This document shows, one piece after another, positions 51,353-61,619 of a stretch of DNA of 64,000 bases. The notes beneath the pieces are model-generated. The model had not been told where the DNA came from and made no database searches. It was given only the letters and a program-made list of their open reading frames with translations. The stretch spans positions 330,662-394,661 of the forward strand of contig JBMYRB010000001.1 of NCBI GenBank assembly GCA_049601915.1, read 5' to 3'. The stretch is from Alphaproteobacteria bacterium. Lineage in GTDB: Bacteria; Pseudomonadota; Alphaproteobacteria; UBA6615. Position numbers and translations under genes: made by a program. Each line of letters starts with the position of its first letter. Within the stretch, counting starts at the first letter, position 1.

Positions 51353-54300
51353 ACGTCTCCCTCTCCGCTCGCCCATTCCTTAACCCGCGCCAGATGCTCA
51401 TAGTCGGAATAAGCCGGTGCGTGATCGGGGCGCGGTCGCGCCTCATAGGCCGTGGTCGGGTCGTCAAACCGCGCCACCAGTGCCTTCACACCGACCAGAG
51501 CCTCGGCAGCGACCTGCGCCGGATCATCGGCTGCATCGCGCACCTGCCCCGGGTCGCGCCCGCCCGACAGGCGCCAGAAGGCCAGTTCCTCGACCGGCTT
51601 GGCCGGAACACCCGCGAAACCGCCCTCGGCGACCATTGCCGCCTCCAGAGGCAACTGCGGCGCGAATCCTGCCTGTACTTCACGCTTTGTCGGCGGCGCC
51701 CCGGTCTTGAAATCAATCACGGCAATCCCGCCACCGATCAGCTCGTCGATGCGGTCGGCGCGCGCCGTCAACCGGAACCGGCCGCCCGGCGCGTCGAATT
51801 CTATCGCACCATCGACCTCCATATGGGTCGCCTCAAGGCGCACCCGACGCCCTGCCTCGACCGACAGCACCCAATCGGCAATGCGCTGGAATCGCGGCCA
51901 CCAGAATGTCCAGACCGCCGGGATGCTGCGATAGGGTGCAAGGGCCGCGGCACCATGAGCGTGCAACCGGGCGCCCGCATCAGCCGGCAACGGGCCCGGC
52001 GGCAATTCAGCCAGAAACCCGTCCAGGATATCGTGAATCAAGGAACCATAGATCGCCGCGTCCGCATTCTGATCGAGGGGCGGCAGGGCGCGCAGTTTGA
52101 GAATTTCGCGCGCGTAGATGGCATAAGGGTCGCGCATCCACGTTTCGATTTGGGTCACCGACAATCGGCGCGGGCGCGCGGCCACGGGCGGCGACGGGCG
52201 CGGGCGAACCGCGAGCTGTGCTTCCGGCTCAGCATCGTCGCCCGGTCCATCCAGCTCCTGCCACCAGTCGCGGTAGGCGCGCGCGCGGATCTCGGCGTCG
52301 GGGTCGGGTTGCAGGTCCAGGGCCCGCGTCGCCACATCGAGCCGGGTCAGCCAGCGCGACGGCATGCTCGGCGCCCCGTCGACACGCGCCGAGCGGGTCA
52401 GGACAACTTCTCCCGCACAGAACGCCTGGGCAAAATCATGCGCGCTCAACCCGATGCGGCGTTCGGGTGACGGCAGTCCGAAATCGGCCCGCATCATGCG
52501 ACCCATCCAGGGATCGACAGACGGATCGGGCGGCCAACTGCCTTCGTTCAGGCTACCCAGGATGGTCACATCGAAATGCTGAAGCCGCGCCTCCAGGGGC
52601 CCGAGTATCGCCAGGCGCGGATGCGCGCCATACCGCGGTCGCACCATGCGCCCGGCCAGAAGTGAATCGAGCAGCGCGGGATATCGCGCCGGCGGCACCG
52701 GCCCGAGGCTTTCGCCCGCCTCCAGCAACTCCGAGACAAACGTCGCCAGGGCTTCCCCGGCATCGCCGCCCCACAGGCGCGCCGCCCCCGGCATCTCGTC
52801 GCTCGCAGCCAGCGCCTCGCAGAACGCGATATGAGCCCGCACATAGTCCGGCAACATCACCGTCGAGGTCTGCCGCAACTCTGTTATCGGCGCCCCGATC
52901 TCGGCAATCCTGTCTATCAGTGCCAGCACATCGCCATAGTCTTGCGGGTCGGCATTGTTGTGCGCCGACAATCCTTCCGCCGCCCGGGCAAGTGCCTGCT
53001 CATGGCGCGCGTGCGCCGCGGTCCGCAACCCCGCGATGCCCCTCGCCGGGCGCGGGCCGCGCAAGACCAGCCGTTCCAGCTCCCGGGCCGAGGCCCGGAA
53101 TGCCGCCTGGGCGCGGCCACCGGCCGCAAGCGGATGTTTGAGAACCGACAGAAGCGGGATCGGTGCCACACCTTCATGCAGCGCCCGGATCGCGAGCCGG
53201 AGGAAAATCCCCGGTGGTGTCTCGGCCAGCGGTGTACCCGCGCTGTCGTCAATATCGACACCCCAGCGACCCATGATCGATGCGACGCGCCGCGCGAGAT
53301 CGCGGTCCGGCGTGATCAAAGCCGCCGTGCGGCCGTCACACTCCAGCACCTCGCGCAGCACCAGGGCGATGAGGCCGGCTTCTTCATGCGGTTCCTGCGC
53401 TTCGATCTGTACGACCCCCTGCAGGGCATCCGCACCGATATTGCCGCGCTCATCGCGCCAGGCCTCGGTCGTGGCCGCAGGGCGAAGCGCCTCGCCGATA
53501 AACCGCTCGCGCGCGGGCCCGTTGCCGCTTACCTCCGCGGCAGACGGCCACTCGCCGACGTCCATGCGATCCGTTTCCAGATGTTGCAGCAATTGCCGAA
53601 GACCAAATTGCGGGTGACCGGAATCAAGATTGGCCCATGAGGCCGCATCGAGAATGCGGTCGAGCCCCGGCAGCACGACATAACCCGACGGCAATCCCGC
53701 GACCGTCGCCAGCAGGTCCGCGGTCGCGGGGATGCTCCCCGTGCTGCCGGCGGCGATCACCGGATCGCGCGGCGGGTCACGGCGCCATGCCTCGCCGCGC
53801 GCGTGCAACAGGCGGTTACGCCGCTCCGCCGGGTCGACCGCCCCCTCGCCGTCCAGCACGGCCGGCCATGTCTCGGTTAGAATCTTCAGGAAACCCAGGG
53901 TTTCCTGCCAATGAGAGGCATAGGCATCGGGCACCAGTTTTTCCAGCGCGCCGAAATCGAGCCGCTCGGTCTGCACCTGGTCCAGCAGGCGACCGAGCTC
54001 ACCCGCCAGTTCCATCGCATGATCCACCGGCAGATTCTGGGTGCGGCTAATCGGTTGGGCCATCAGCAGCCGCGCCAACAACACACGCCGGCGTAGTTCC
54101 GGCACCGCCAGCGGCACCTCGCCACCGACCCCCAGCAACGCGGCCGGCTCACCCGTTAGCAACATCTCGTCTTCATCGATATCGCCGATCGGAATCAACC
54201 GCGGCAAGACCAGGGGCGCACCATCGGTCAGGCGGAGAAACACATCCTGCATCGTGCGGCATGCGCGCCGGGTCGGCAGCAAGACCGTCATCCGCGCCAG

Positions 54301-54435
54301 CGCCAGGGGGTCTTCATCGGCGCTGGACGTGGAGAGAATTCCGCTTGCCAGTTCCGCAAGGAACGGACGGTGTGCCGCGATCGAATAGAGGCCCGGCGCA
54401 GGAAGCGCGCCGGATTCGCGCGCGGAGGAGGTCAT
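51349..54435 (-). CDS. addB: Double-strand break repair protein AddB
   Basis: ATG at 54435 overlaps the tsaE stop (ATGA). A large AddB-family protein preceding addA. Confidence 0.88.
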   Translation of the reverse strand: MTSSARESGALPAPGLYSIAAHRPFLAELASGILSTSSADEDPLALARMTVLLPTRRACRTMQDVFLRLTDGAPLVLPRLIPIGDIDEDEMLLTGEPAALLGVGGEVPLAVPELRRRVLLARLLMAQPISRTQNLPVDHAMELAGELGRLLDQVQTERLDFGALEKLVPDAYASHWQETLGFLKILTETWPAVLDGEGAVDPAERRNRLLHARGEAWRRDPPRDPVIAAGSTGSIPATADLLATVAGLPSGYVVLPGLDRILDAASWANLDSGHPQFGLRQLLQHLETDRMDVGEWPSAAEVSGNGPARERFIGEALRPAATTEAWRDERGNIGADALQGVVQIEAQEPHEEAGLIALVLREVLECDGRTAALITPDRDLARRVASIMGRWGVDIDDSAGTPLAETPPGIFLRLAIRALHEGVAPIPLLSVLKHPLAAGGRAQAAFRASARELERLVLRGPRPARGIAGLRTAAHARHEQALARAAEGLSAHNNADPQDYGDVLALIDRIAEIGAPITELRQTSTVMLPDYVRAHIAFCEALAASDEMPGAARLWGGDAGEALATFVSELLEAGESLGPVPPARYPALLDSLLAGRMVRPRYGAHPRLAILGPLEARLQHFDVTILGSLNEGSWPPDPSVDPWMGRMMRADFGLPSPERRIGLSAHDFAQAFCAGEVVLTRSARVDGAPSMPSRWLTRLDVATRALDLQPDPDAEIRARAYRDWWQELDGPGDDAEPEAQLAVRPRPSPPVAARPRRLSVTQIETWMRDPYAIYAREILKLRALPPLDQNADAAIYGSLIHDILDGFLAELPPGPLPADAGARLHAHGAAALAPYRSIPAVWTFWWPRFQRIADWVLSVEAGRRVRLEATHMEVDGAIEFDAPGGRFRLTARADRIDELIGGGIAVIDFKTGAPPTKREVQAGFAPQLPLEAAMVAEGGFAGVPAKPVEELAFWRLSGGRDPGQVRDAADDPAQVAAEALVGVKALVARFDDPTTAYEARPRPDHAPAYSDYEHLARVKEWASGEGDV

Positions 54436-54941
54436 GGTTTCAGGTCTTGCAGCCGGTCCGCCCATCCCTGCGGGCCCGACAGGTGGGCCACCCGTGTGCT
54501 GCCCGACGCTGAGTATTCGAGTTCGATATTCAGCCGTGTCGCCGGCAGGTCCGCCCCGAGGCGTTCCGCCCATTCCAGCAGGACGATCCCGCCGGCCCGG
54601 GCGTCATCATAGCCGAGCTCGATCACCTCCGCGGGGTGGCCGATGCGGTACAGGTCGAAATGCCAGACCAGCACCGGATCGGTTTCATAATGCTGCACGA
54701 GCGTAAATGTCGGGCTCGGCACCGCACCCGGATACCCCATGGCACCGATCAGCCCCCGTGCCAGCGTGGTCTTGCCGGCGCCGAGGTCGCCGGCCAACGC
54801 CAACAGATCACCCTGTCGCAGACAGGGCGCCAGCGCCGCCCCCAGTGCGGCGGTCGCACTGGCGTCAGGCAGATCGATGCGCCTTGTATATCGCGCCGCA
54901 GGCGTCCGGTTCGGTTCGACCGCCGATCCCCGCGTGGTCAT
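54432..54941 (-). CDS. tsaE: tRNA threonylcarbamoyladenosine biosynthesis protein TsaE
   Basis: P-loop LAGDLGAGKTTLARGL. Confidence 0.88.
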   Translation of the reverse strand: MTTRGSAVEPNRTPAARYTRRIDLPDASATAALGAALAPCLRQGDLLALAGDLGAGKTTLARGLIGAMGYPGAVPSPTFTLVQHYETDPVLVWHFDLYRIGHPAEVIELGYDDARAGGIVLLEWAERLGADLPATRLNIELEYSASGSTRVAHLSGPQGWADRLQDLKP

Positions 54942-55201
54942 ACCTCATCGTCCTCAGGTTCAGCGGCGACCGCGCGGCGGGGCAAACGGCAGACAATGGC
55001 CGTGCCTTCATCGGGTTCCGAATCGATCTCGACGCCGCCGTCCAGCCAGGTCACGAACCCGCCGGGAACGGTTGCGAGCGTTGCCCCGAGGCGCGCGCGC
55101 AATGCCTCGGTATAGCGCAATCTGCGGCCGCCGAAGAACCGGCCGAATGCATAGCCGACGATGGCGGACGCCCCCGCAACCGCGGCGATCATCAAGATCA
55201 T
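54938..55201 (-). CDS. Small hypothetical membrane protein
   Basis: One TM helix (MILMIAAVAGASAIVGYAF). Overlaps the tsaE start by 4 nt. The start codon choice is uncertain (55252, 55201 or 55192). Confidence 0.4.
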   Translation of the reverse strand: MILMIAAVAGASAIVGYAFGRFFGGRRLRYTEALRARLGATLATVPGGFVTWLDGGVEIDSEPDEGTAIVCRLPRRAVAAEPEDDEV

Positions 55202-55363
55202 TAATTGTGTCGACACGCGCTGCAGTCTCGCACAGTCATACCAGCCGACCACAAAGGCGGCAGGCCGCCTCGAATCGGGCGGAACGATCCGAGTTTAGTG
55301 ACTTGTCGGCCCGGTTTGAACCGCTTCCTTGCCGTCCCGGCCCGCGTCCGCCAAACCCGCCCG

Positions 55364-56791
55364 CTAGTAGCGATAGGCCTTGGGTTTATAGGGGCCGGCA
55401 ACCGGAATTCCGAGATACTCGGACTGCTTTTCAGTGAGCGCGGTCAGATTGGCCCCGACCTTGCCCAGATGCAGGGTGGCCACCTTTTCATCGAGATGCT
55501 TGGGCAGCACATAGACATCCTTGCCGTACTTGCCGTCGTCGTTGTTGCTCCACAGCTCGATCTGGGCCAGCACCTGGTTGGTAAAGGACATGCTCATCAC
55601 AAAGCTCGGATGGCCCGTGGCGTTGCCGAGATTCACCAGGCGACCTTCCGATAGCAGGATCATCTTCTTGCCGTCGGGAAACTCGATCTCGTCGACTTGG
55701 GGCTTGATGTTTTCCCACTTGAAGTTACGCAGACCGCCGACCTGAATTTCGGAATCGAAGTGACCGATATTGCACACGATCGCCCGATCCTTCATCGCCC
55801 GCATATGGTCGACGGTGATGACGTCAACATTGCCTGTCGCGGTGCAGAAGATGTCGCCCTGTTTGGCGCCTTCTTCCATCGTGACGACTTCGTAGCCTTC
55901 CATCGCGGCCTGCAGGGCGCAGATGGGATCGATCTCCGTGACCATCACGCGGCAGCCGGCGTTGCGCAGGGATTCGGCAGACCCCTTGCCAACCTCGCCA
56001 TATCCCGCGACGACCGCGATCTTGCCCGACATCATCACGTCGGTCCCGCGGCGGATGCCATCAACCAGGCTTTCGCGGCAACCATAGAGATTGTCGAACT
56101 TCGACTTGGTCACGGAATCATTCACGTTGATCGCCGGAAACAGGAGCGTGCCCGCCTTCGCCATGTCGTAGAGGCGATGCACGCCGGTGGTCGTTTCTTC
56201 GGTCACACCTTTCAGGCTCTCCGCGACCTTCGAATACCAACCGGGCTGTTCCGCGAGCCGCTGCTTGATCGAGGCGTAAGCCGCCTCTTCTTCCTCATTC
56301 TCCGGATTGTCGAGCACCGACGGGTCGGTCTCGGCCTGCTTGCCCAGATGGATCAGCAATGTCGCATCGCCCCCATCGTCCAGAATCATGTTGGGAACGC
56401 CGCCGTCGGACCAGTCGAAAATCCGGTGGGCATAGTCCCAATATTCCTCGAGCGTCTCGCCCTTGGTGGCAAAGACGGGCGTACCGGTCGCGGCAATCGC
56501 GGCGGCGGCATGGTCTTGCGTGGAGTAGATATTGCACGACGCCCAGCGAACATCGGCGCCGAGCGCCTGCAGCGTCTCGATCAGCACGGCCGTCTGGATG
56601 GTCATATGCAGCGAGCCTGCAATCCGAGCACCTGCAAGCGGCTTGGACTCGCCATATTCGTCACGCAGCGCCATCAGGCCCGGCATCTCCACCTCGGCAA
56701 GATCGAGCTCTTTTCGGCCCCAATCGGCCAGCGAAATATCAGCGACAATGTAATCGCCATCGCCGGCAGGTGTATCGGCATCGGAAGCCAT
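55364..56791 (-). CDS. ahcY: Adenosylhomocysteinase
   Basis: ATG at 56791 follows [42 protein letters not shown] carries the NAD-binding motifs. Confidence 0.96.
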   Translation of the reverse strand: MASDADTPAGDGDYIVADISLADWGRKELDLAEVEMPGLMALRDEYGESKPLAGARIAGSLHMTIQTAVLIETLQALGADVRWASCNIYSTQDHAAAAIAATGTPVFATKGETLEEYWDYAHRIFDWSDGGVPNMILDDGGDATLLIHLGKQAETDPSVLDNPENEEEEAAYASIKQRLAEQPGWYSKVAESLKGVTEETTTGVHRLYDMAKAGTLLFPAINVNDSVTKSKFDNLYGCRESLVDGIRRGTDVMMSGKIAVVAGYGEVGKGSAESLRNAGCRVMVTEIDPICALQAAMEGYEVVTMEEGAKQGDIFCTATGNVDVITVDHMRAMKDRAIVCNIGHFDSEIQVGGLRNFKWENIKPQVDEIEFPDGKKMILLSEGRLVNLGNATGHPSFVMSMSFTNQVLAQIELWSNNDDGKYGKDVYVLPKHLDEKVATLHLGKVGANLTALTEKQSEYLGIPVAGPYKPKAYRY

Positions 56792-57229
56792 GCTTTCTCT
56801 CCAATAGAATTTATTCGACGGGTACGCCCGTCCGCGAGCGGCGTATAGCAGAGCAACTGGGGCCGCCACAACCGATCGGCAGTCAGGAGAATGTCGTCGC
56901 CGACGCAGGCAACATTGTAACAAGTGATTAAAGTGCAACAGTGTGACGAAAACCGACAAAAGCATTTGATTCATCCATCGCTGACACTGCGCTGTAACAC
57001 GTCCGCCCTAAGCGGCTTTTGATCCAGATCAATACGCCTTTGCCGATTGCAATTAAGAATGACTTGCAATTAACCGCGAGGGGTAATACCGTTCCCTGCA
57101 GTTGCGACTAGTTCTCATTCGCAGGTTCATCTCAGGAGAAGAAAATACGTAAACGTCTGCGAAGAGACAGAACGAGGCCGAACCCGGCCATATTTTCCCA
57201 ACCAGCACCGCTTCGGAGGTATTTGAGCG

Positions 57230-58363
57230 ATGGTTAAGAAAGTTCTACTTGGGGGCACGGCCCTCGCAGGTATCGCCGCGCTGGCGCTGCCGGCAAGCGC
57301 GGGCCAGGTCGGTTCCAAAGACCTGATGAGCGTGACCCTTGGCGGCGAACTCCGGTCCAACGTCGCCTTCATCGACCAGGACGTGTCGGCGGCCGCCGGG
57401 CGCGGCTACACCTTCTCGGTGGATGAATCCGAGATCAAGATCGGTGCCAAGGCAACTGCGGACAACGGCCTCAAATATGGCGTGAATGTCGAATTGAACG
57501 CCGGCGCCGGCGATACGGCCAATGCCGACGAGGCATATGCCTCCATCGACAACGACGGCTGGGGGCGCGTTGAAATGGGCGATCAGGACGATGCGACCGA
57601 TCGCATGCACGTCGCTTCGCACAATATCCTCGTGGGCCGGGCCGGTGCCGACGGTGACGCGGCTGATTACATTGCTTTCGGCGGTACGGCCATAGATGCA
57701 CCGGGTGTCGATTCTACCAGTGACGACACGAAGATCAGCTATTTCTCGCCGCGCTTCGGCGGCATCCAGATCGGTGGTTCGCTGACCCCGGACTCGGGCG
57801 AAGTCTCGGGTGGTGCGGCCACGTCCGATGCCGATAATGACGGCGATTTCGAAAATGTCTTTGGCCTGGCCATTAACTACAAGGGCAAGTTCGACGATGT
57901 CGGGATCGAGGCAGGCCTCATCGGCGAGTTCGGCGACAGCGAGACTGCGACCGGTGCCGACACCGAAGGCGAGATCGAGACCATCGGTGTGGGTATCAAT
58001 GTCACATTCGCCGGCATCGGGCTCGGGGCGGAATATGTCGACTTCGCCGAAAAGGGCATCGCTGCGGCGGCCCGCACTGCCGGCCGGGACGCGGGCAATT
58101 ACTATCAACTCGGCGCGTCGTACCAGACCGGCCCCTGGGGAGTCAGCCTCGGCTGGTTTGAAAGCTCGGTCTCGAACGCGACGGGCAGCGGTGGTGATAC
58201 CGATGTCACCATCATCTCGCTTGATGCCGCCTACAAGGTGGCGCCGGGCTGGGAACTGATGGGGTCCCTGCATTTCGGTGAAGTGGACAACATGGATTCG
58301 ACGGCCGTCGAAGTGAACAACGATGGCACGGCCTTCATCATCAGTAACCAGTTCAACTTCTAG
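57230..58363 (+). CDS. Outer-membrane porin (alphaproteobacterial general porin family), paralog 1
   Basis: Signal peptide, alternating amphipathic beta-strands and the C-terminal NQFNF (terminal Phe). Confidence 0.85.
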   Translation: MVKKVLLGGTALAGIAALALPASAGQVGSKDLMSVTLGGELRSNVAFIDQDVSAAAGRGYTFSVDESEIKIGAKATADNGLKYGVNVELNAGAGDTANADEAYASIDNDGWGRVEMGDQDDATDRMHVASHNILVGRAGADGDAADYIAFGGTAIDAPGVDSTSDDTKISYFSPRFGGIQIGGSLTPDSGEVSGGAATSDADNDGDFENVFGLAINYKGKFDDVGIEAGLIGEFGDSETATGADTEGEIETIGVGINVTFAGIGLGAEYVDFAEKGIAAAARTAGRDAGNYYQLGASYQTGPWGVSLGWFESSVSNATGSGGDTDVTIISLDAAYKVAPGWELMGSLHFGEVDNMDSTAVEVNNDGTAFIISNQFNF

Positions 58364-58402
58364 TCCCCAACGGCCCCCCGGGTCCGCAAGATCAACCTCC
58401 CG

Positions 58403-58434
58403 CGCGGCATCCCTGTTGGATGTCGCGTTTCTTT
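58403..58434 (+). terminator. Rho-independent terminator after porin 1
   Basis: CGCGGCATCC-ctgtt-GGATGTCGCG forms a 10-bp stem with one G.U pair, followed by TTTCTTT. Confidence 0.7.
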
Positions 58435-58760
58435 AGCCTGTTCTGCGCGATGTTTAGGCACGACTGCTCAAATATCGTGCAAGTCATTAATTTCATTGAT
58501 GTATTTTTGCAACGGAACTGAAAAAATAACGACAACAATTGCCGTTCTGGATTGCGGTCCGGACATCTCTGAATAGGATGTCTTCAATTCCACTGCCAAA
58601 AATCAATAAGCAAAATCCCAGCAAAGTGGAGGACGCAGCGCAAAGAATTCGGGCCCGGTCAGGTCCGTCATATTCGGATGTTGTGTCTGATATGTGTAAT
58701 GTTATAACAATATTATCTTGCGCATGATGCGCGAGATCCACTTGCTGGAGATTGATTCCC

Positions 58761-59897
58761 ATGAATACGAAGAAACTTTTACTGGGCACAAGTGCACTCG
58801 TCGGTGTTGCCATGCTCGCGACCCCGGCGATTGCCGGCCAGGTCGGATCGAGAGACGCGCTGGCAGTCACACTGGGCGGTGAACTCCGCTTCCAGGTCGG
58901 CCTGGTCGACCAGGACGTATCTGCAACCGCAGGTCGCGGTTACCAATTCAAGGTCGATGAGTCTGAGATCGTCGTTGGCGCGGAAGCTACGGCTGACAAC
59001 GGCATCAAGTACGGTGTGAGCATCGAGCTGAACGCCGGTGCCGGCGACGTTGCAGCCGCTGATGCTGCTTGGGCTTTCATTGAGAGCGATGCGTTAGGCC
59101 GTATCGAAATGGGTGACCAAGACGATGCTACCGACCAGTTGTTCGTAGAGAGCGACGATATCCTTGTCGGTCGCGCCGGCCCCGATGGGGACGTGGCCGA
59201 CTATATCGCCTTCGGTTCAGGCGGTGGTATCTCTGCTACCGGCAACGCCTCGACTGGCGGAGCAACTAAGCTGATCTATCTCACGCCGCGAATCGGTGGC
59301 TTCCAGCTGGGCGGCTCGCTCACGCCGGACGTCGGAGAGACCTCCGGCGGTGCGGCCACGGCCGATGCCGACAACGACGGCGACTACGAAAACGTGATCG
59401 GTCTCGGCGTCAATTACGAAGGCAAGTTCGATGACGTCTCCTTCGTCGTCAGCCTGACCGGCGAGTTCGGCGACAGCGAGACGGCAGCGGGTGCCGATAC
59501 CGAGGGCGATCTCGAGACGATCGCCGTTGGTGCCACGGTCAACTTCGGGGCGTTCAGCCTCGGCGCCGGCTATGTCGACTTCGCAGAGGCGGGCCAGACC
59601 GCTGCGGCCATGGCCGCGGGCGCGGATTCGGGCTCCTATTACTCGATCGGCAGCTCTTACACGACCGGCCCCTGGGGTGTCAGCCTGAACTGGTTCGACA
59701 GCACCAAAAGCAACACCACGGGCATCAGCGATACCGACATCCAGATCATCTCTCTCGACGTCGCCTACTCCGTGGCGCCAGGTTGGGAGGTCAACCTGTC
59801 GGCCAATGTCGCCGAAGTCGACAACATGAACGCTACCGCCGTGCCGGTTAACAATGACGGCACCGTCGTGATCCTGTCCAACCAGTTCAACTTCTAG
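58761..59897 (+). CDS. Outer-membrane porin, paralog 2 (about 65-70% identity to paralog 1)
   Basis: ATG at 58761 follows GGAG. It has the same architecture as paralog 1 and the same NQFNF C-terminus. Confidence 0.85.
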   Translation: MNTKKLLLGTSALVGVAMLATPAIAGQVGSRDALAVTLGGELRFQVGLVDQDVSATAGRGYQFKVDESEIVVGAEATADNGIKYGVSIELNAGAGDVAAADAAWAFIESDALGRIEMGDQDDATDQLFVESDDILVGRAGPDGDVADYIAFGSGGGISATGNASTGGATKLIYLTPRIGGFQLGGSLTPDVGETSGGAATADADNDGDYENVIGLGVNYEGKFDDVSFVVSLTGEFGDSETAAGADTEGDLETIAVGATVNFGAFSLGAGYVDFAEAGQTAAAMAAGADSGSYYSIGSSYTTGPWGVSLNWFDSTKSNTTGISDTDIQIISLDVAYSVAPGWEVNLSANVAEVDNMNATAVPVNNDGTVVILSNQFNF

Positions 59898-59921
59898 TCC
59901 CACGGGACCGGAAGTCGGGAG

Positions 59922-59951
59922 AACGGCGCCCCTCGGGGTGTCGTTTTTCTT
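59922..59951 (+). terminator. Rho-independent terminator after porin 2
   Basis: GGCGCCCCTCGGGGTGTC hairpin followed by GTTTTTCTTT. Confidence 0.55.
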
Positions 59952-59955
59952 TGGG

Positions 59956-60234
59956 CTAACCCTCGCCAAAACCGTCCGAGACAAGCGCCACCAGTGTGTC
60001 CAGCGCAGCCTGCGCACCCGCACCCGACGCGCTGATCGTGATTCGCGAACCCGGCGCCGCGGCAAACATCATCAGGCCCATAATCGATGTGCCCGGAACC
60101 GACGTTCCGTCCTTCTCAACGAAAATGTCGGCATCGAATGTCTCTGCCAGACGCACAAATCGCGCGGCAGCGCGCGCATGCAGGCCCCGGCTATTTGTAA
60201 TTTCGACCACCCTTGAAAGTGAGCCGGCTGTCAT
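59956..60234 (-). CDS. ptsH: Phosphocarrier protein HPr
   Basis: The active-site region ITNSRGLHARAA contains His15. Confidence 0.9.
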   Translation of the reverse strand: MTAGSLSRVVEITNSRGLHARAAARFVRLAETFDADIFVEKDGTSVPGTSIMGLMMFAAAPGSRITISASGAGAQAALDTLVALVSDGFGEG

Positions 60235-60239
60235 CGCGA

Positions 60240-60659
60240 CTAGGCCTGCTTCGAGCCCAGCAGCGCAGACGCAACGCTGATGTATTTGCGTCCTGCGGCC
60301 TGCGCGGCCTCAACGAGCGCTGAAAACTCCATGTCGCCACGCGCCTGCGCCAGCTTGATCAGCATCGGCAGGTTCAGCCCGGCGATCACCTCCACCGGTC
60401 CGCCCTCCTGCTTGGTGTCCATCACGGAAATGGCCAGGTTCGAGGGCGTCCCGCCGAACATATCCGTCAGGATGACAACACCCTCGCCACTCGCGACCCG
60501 TGCCACCGCGTCAACGATGTCCTGCTGGCGTTGCCCCATATCGTCATCGGCATCGATGGAGACGGCCTCGATCTGATCCTGCGGCCCGACGACATGCTCG
60601 AGGGCGGCAAGAAACTCATCGGCAAGCCGGCCATGAGTCACAAGCAGCAATCCGATCAT
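60240..60659 (-). CDS. manX: PTS EIIA component, mannose/fructose family
   Basis: MIGLLLVTHGRLA matches the EIIA-Man fold with His10. Confidence 0.85.
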   Translation of the reverse strand: MIGLLLVTHGRLADEFLAALEHVVGPQDQIEAVSIDADDDMGQRQQDIVDAVARVASGEGVVILTDMFGGTPSNLAISVMDTKQEGGPVEVIAGLNLPMLIKLAQARGDMEFSALVEAAQAAGRKYISVASALLGSKQA

Positions 60660-61588
60660 GACGATTCTTGATCCGCATTGGCGTCAAAGGACAACTCCCG
60701 ATGGCGCAATTCCACATAGTTCATGCGTTCCGCGATCCAGTCCCGCAGGCGTTCGGCCACATAAACCGAACGGTGGCGACCTCCCGTGCAGCCGATCGCG
60801 ATCGTCAGATAGCTCTTGCCCTCCTCGTTGAAGCGCGGCAGCAGCAGCGCCAGCAGGTCGGTCTGGCGGGCAAAAAAAACATCGAAATCCGGGTCCGCCG
60901 CGACATAGGCACCAACCCCCGGGTCGCGCCCCGTAAGCGCCCGCAGCGCCGAGTCGTAATGCGGATTGCGAAGAAACCGCACGTCGATGACCATATCCGC
61001 ATCCCGCGGGACGCCGTGACGATAGGAGAAGGACGTCACCAGCACATTCGCCTCTCCCGTCGCAGCGCCGACCATGCGGTCGCGCAACAAGCGTGCGAAC
61101 TCATGAATGTTCGAGTGGCTGGTATCGATGACGAAGTCGGCCGCCTCGCGAAGCGGCGCCAGCAGACGCCGCTCGGCGGCGATGCCGTCGGCAAGCGGGC
61201 GATCACTCGCCATGGGGTGTACCCGGCGGGTCTCCGTATAGCGTCGCTCGATGACGTCATCATCGCTGTCGAGGAACAGCATCTCGACCGGCGAATCGAC
61301 GGCCGCGCGCAAGGCATCAATCTCCTGGGCAAATCTGTCGGCATTGAAATCGCGGGTGCGCACATCAACGCCGATCGCCAGCCCGCGCCCCTTCGCGGAG
61401 CCCTGGCGCACGAGGGTTCCCATCAGCCGCACCGGCAAATTGTCAACCGCCTCGCAGTTCATGTCTTCCAGCGTCTTGAGTGCGGTCGTCCGGCCGGCCC
61501 CCGACAAGCCCGTCACCAGCAGCACCCGGCCGGCCAGCGACAGCGGCGGGACAGGATTTTCGCTTTCGGTCTGATTCTCTTCTGACAT
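60656..61588 (-). CDS. rapZ: RNase adapter protein RapZ
   Basis: P-loop LLVTGLSGAGRTTALKTLED. Confidence 0.9.
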   Translation of the reverse strand: MSEENQTESENPVPPLSLAGRVLLVTGLSGAGRTTALKTLEDMNCEAVDNLPVRLMGTLVRQGSAKGRGLAIGVDVRTRDFNADRFAQEIDALRAAVDSPVEMLFLDSDDDVIERRYTETRRVHPMASDRPLADGIAAERRLLAPLREAADFVIDTSHSNIHEFARLLRDRMVGAATGEANVLVTSFSYRHGVPRDADMVIDVRFLRNPHYDSALRALTGRDPGVGAYVAADPDFDVFFARQTDLLALLLPRFNEEGKSYLTIAIGCTGGRHRSVYVAERLRDWIAERMNYVELRHRELSFDANADQESS

Positions 61589-61619
61589 GACAGGTCGGCA
61601 GCTCTGTTGGACGAACGAA

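Noticed and set aside
52218-53640. Several 220-310-aa plus-strand ORFs
   Set aside because: They are antisense to addB and consist of Pro/Arg/Ala-rich garbage.
56792-57000. SAH riboswitch upstream of ahcY
   Set aside because: I searched the coding-strand leader for the conserved GAGGAGCGCUGC / CAGGCUCGG / AACGGCGCUC elements and found none.
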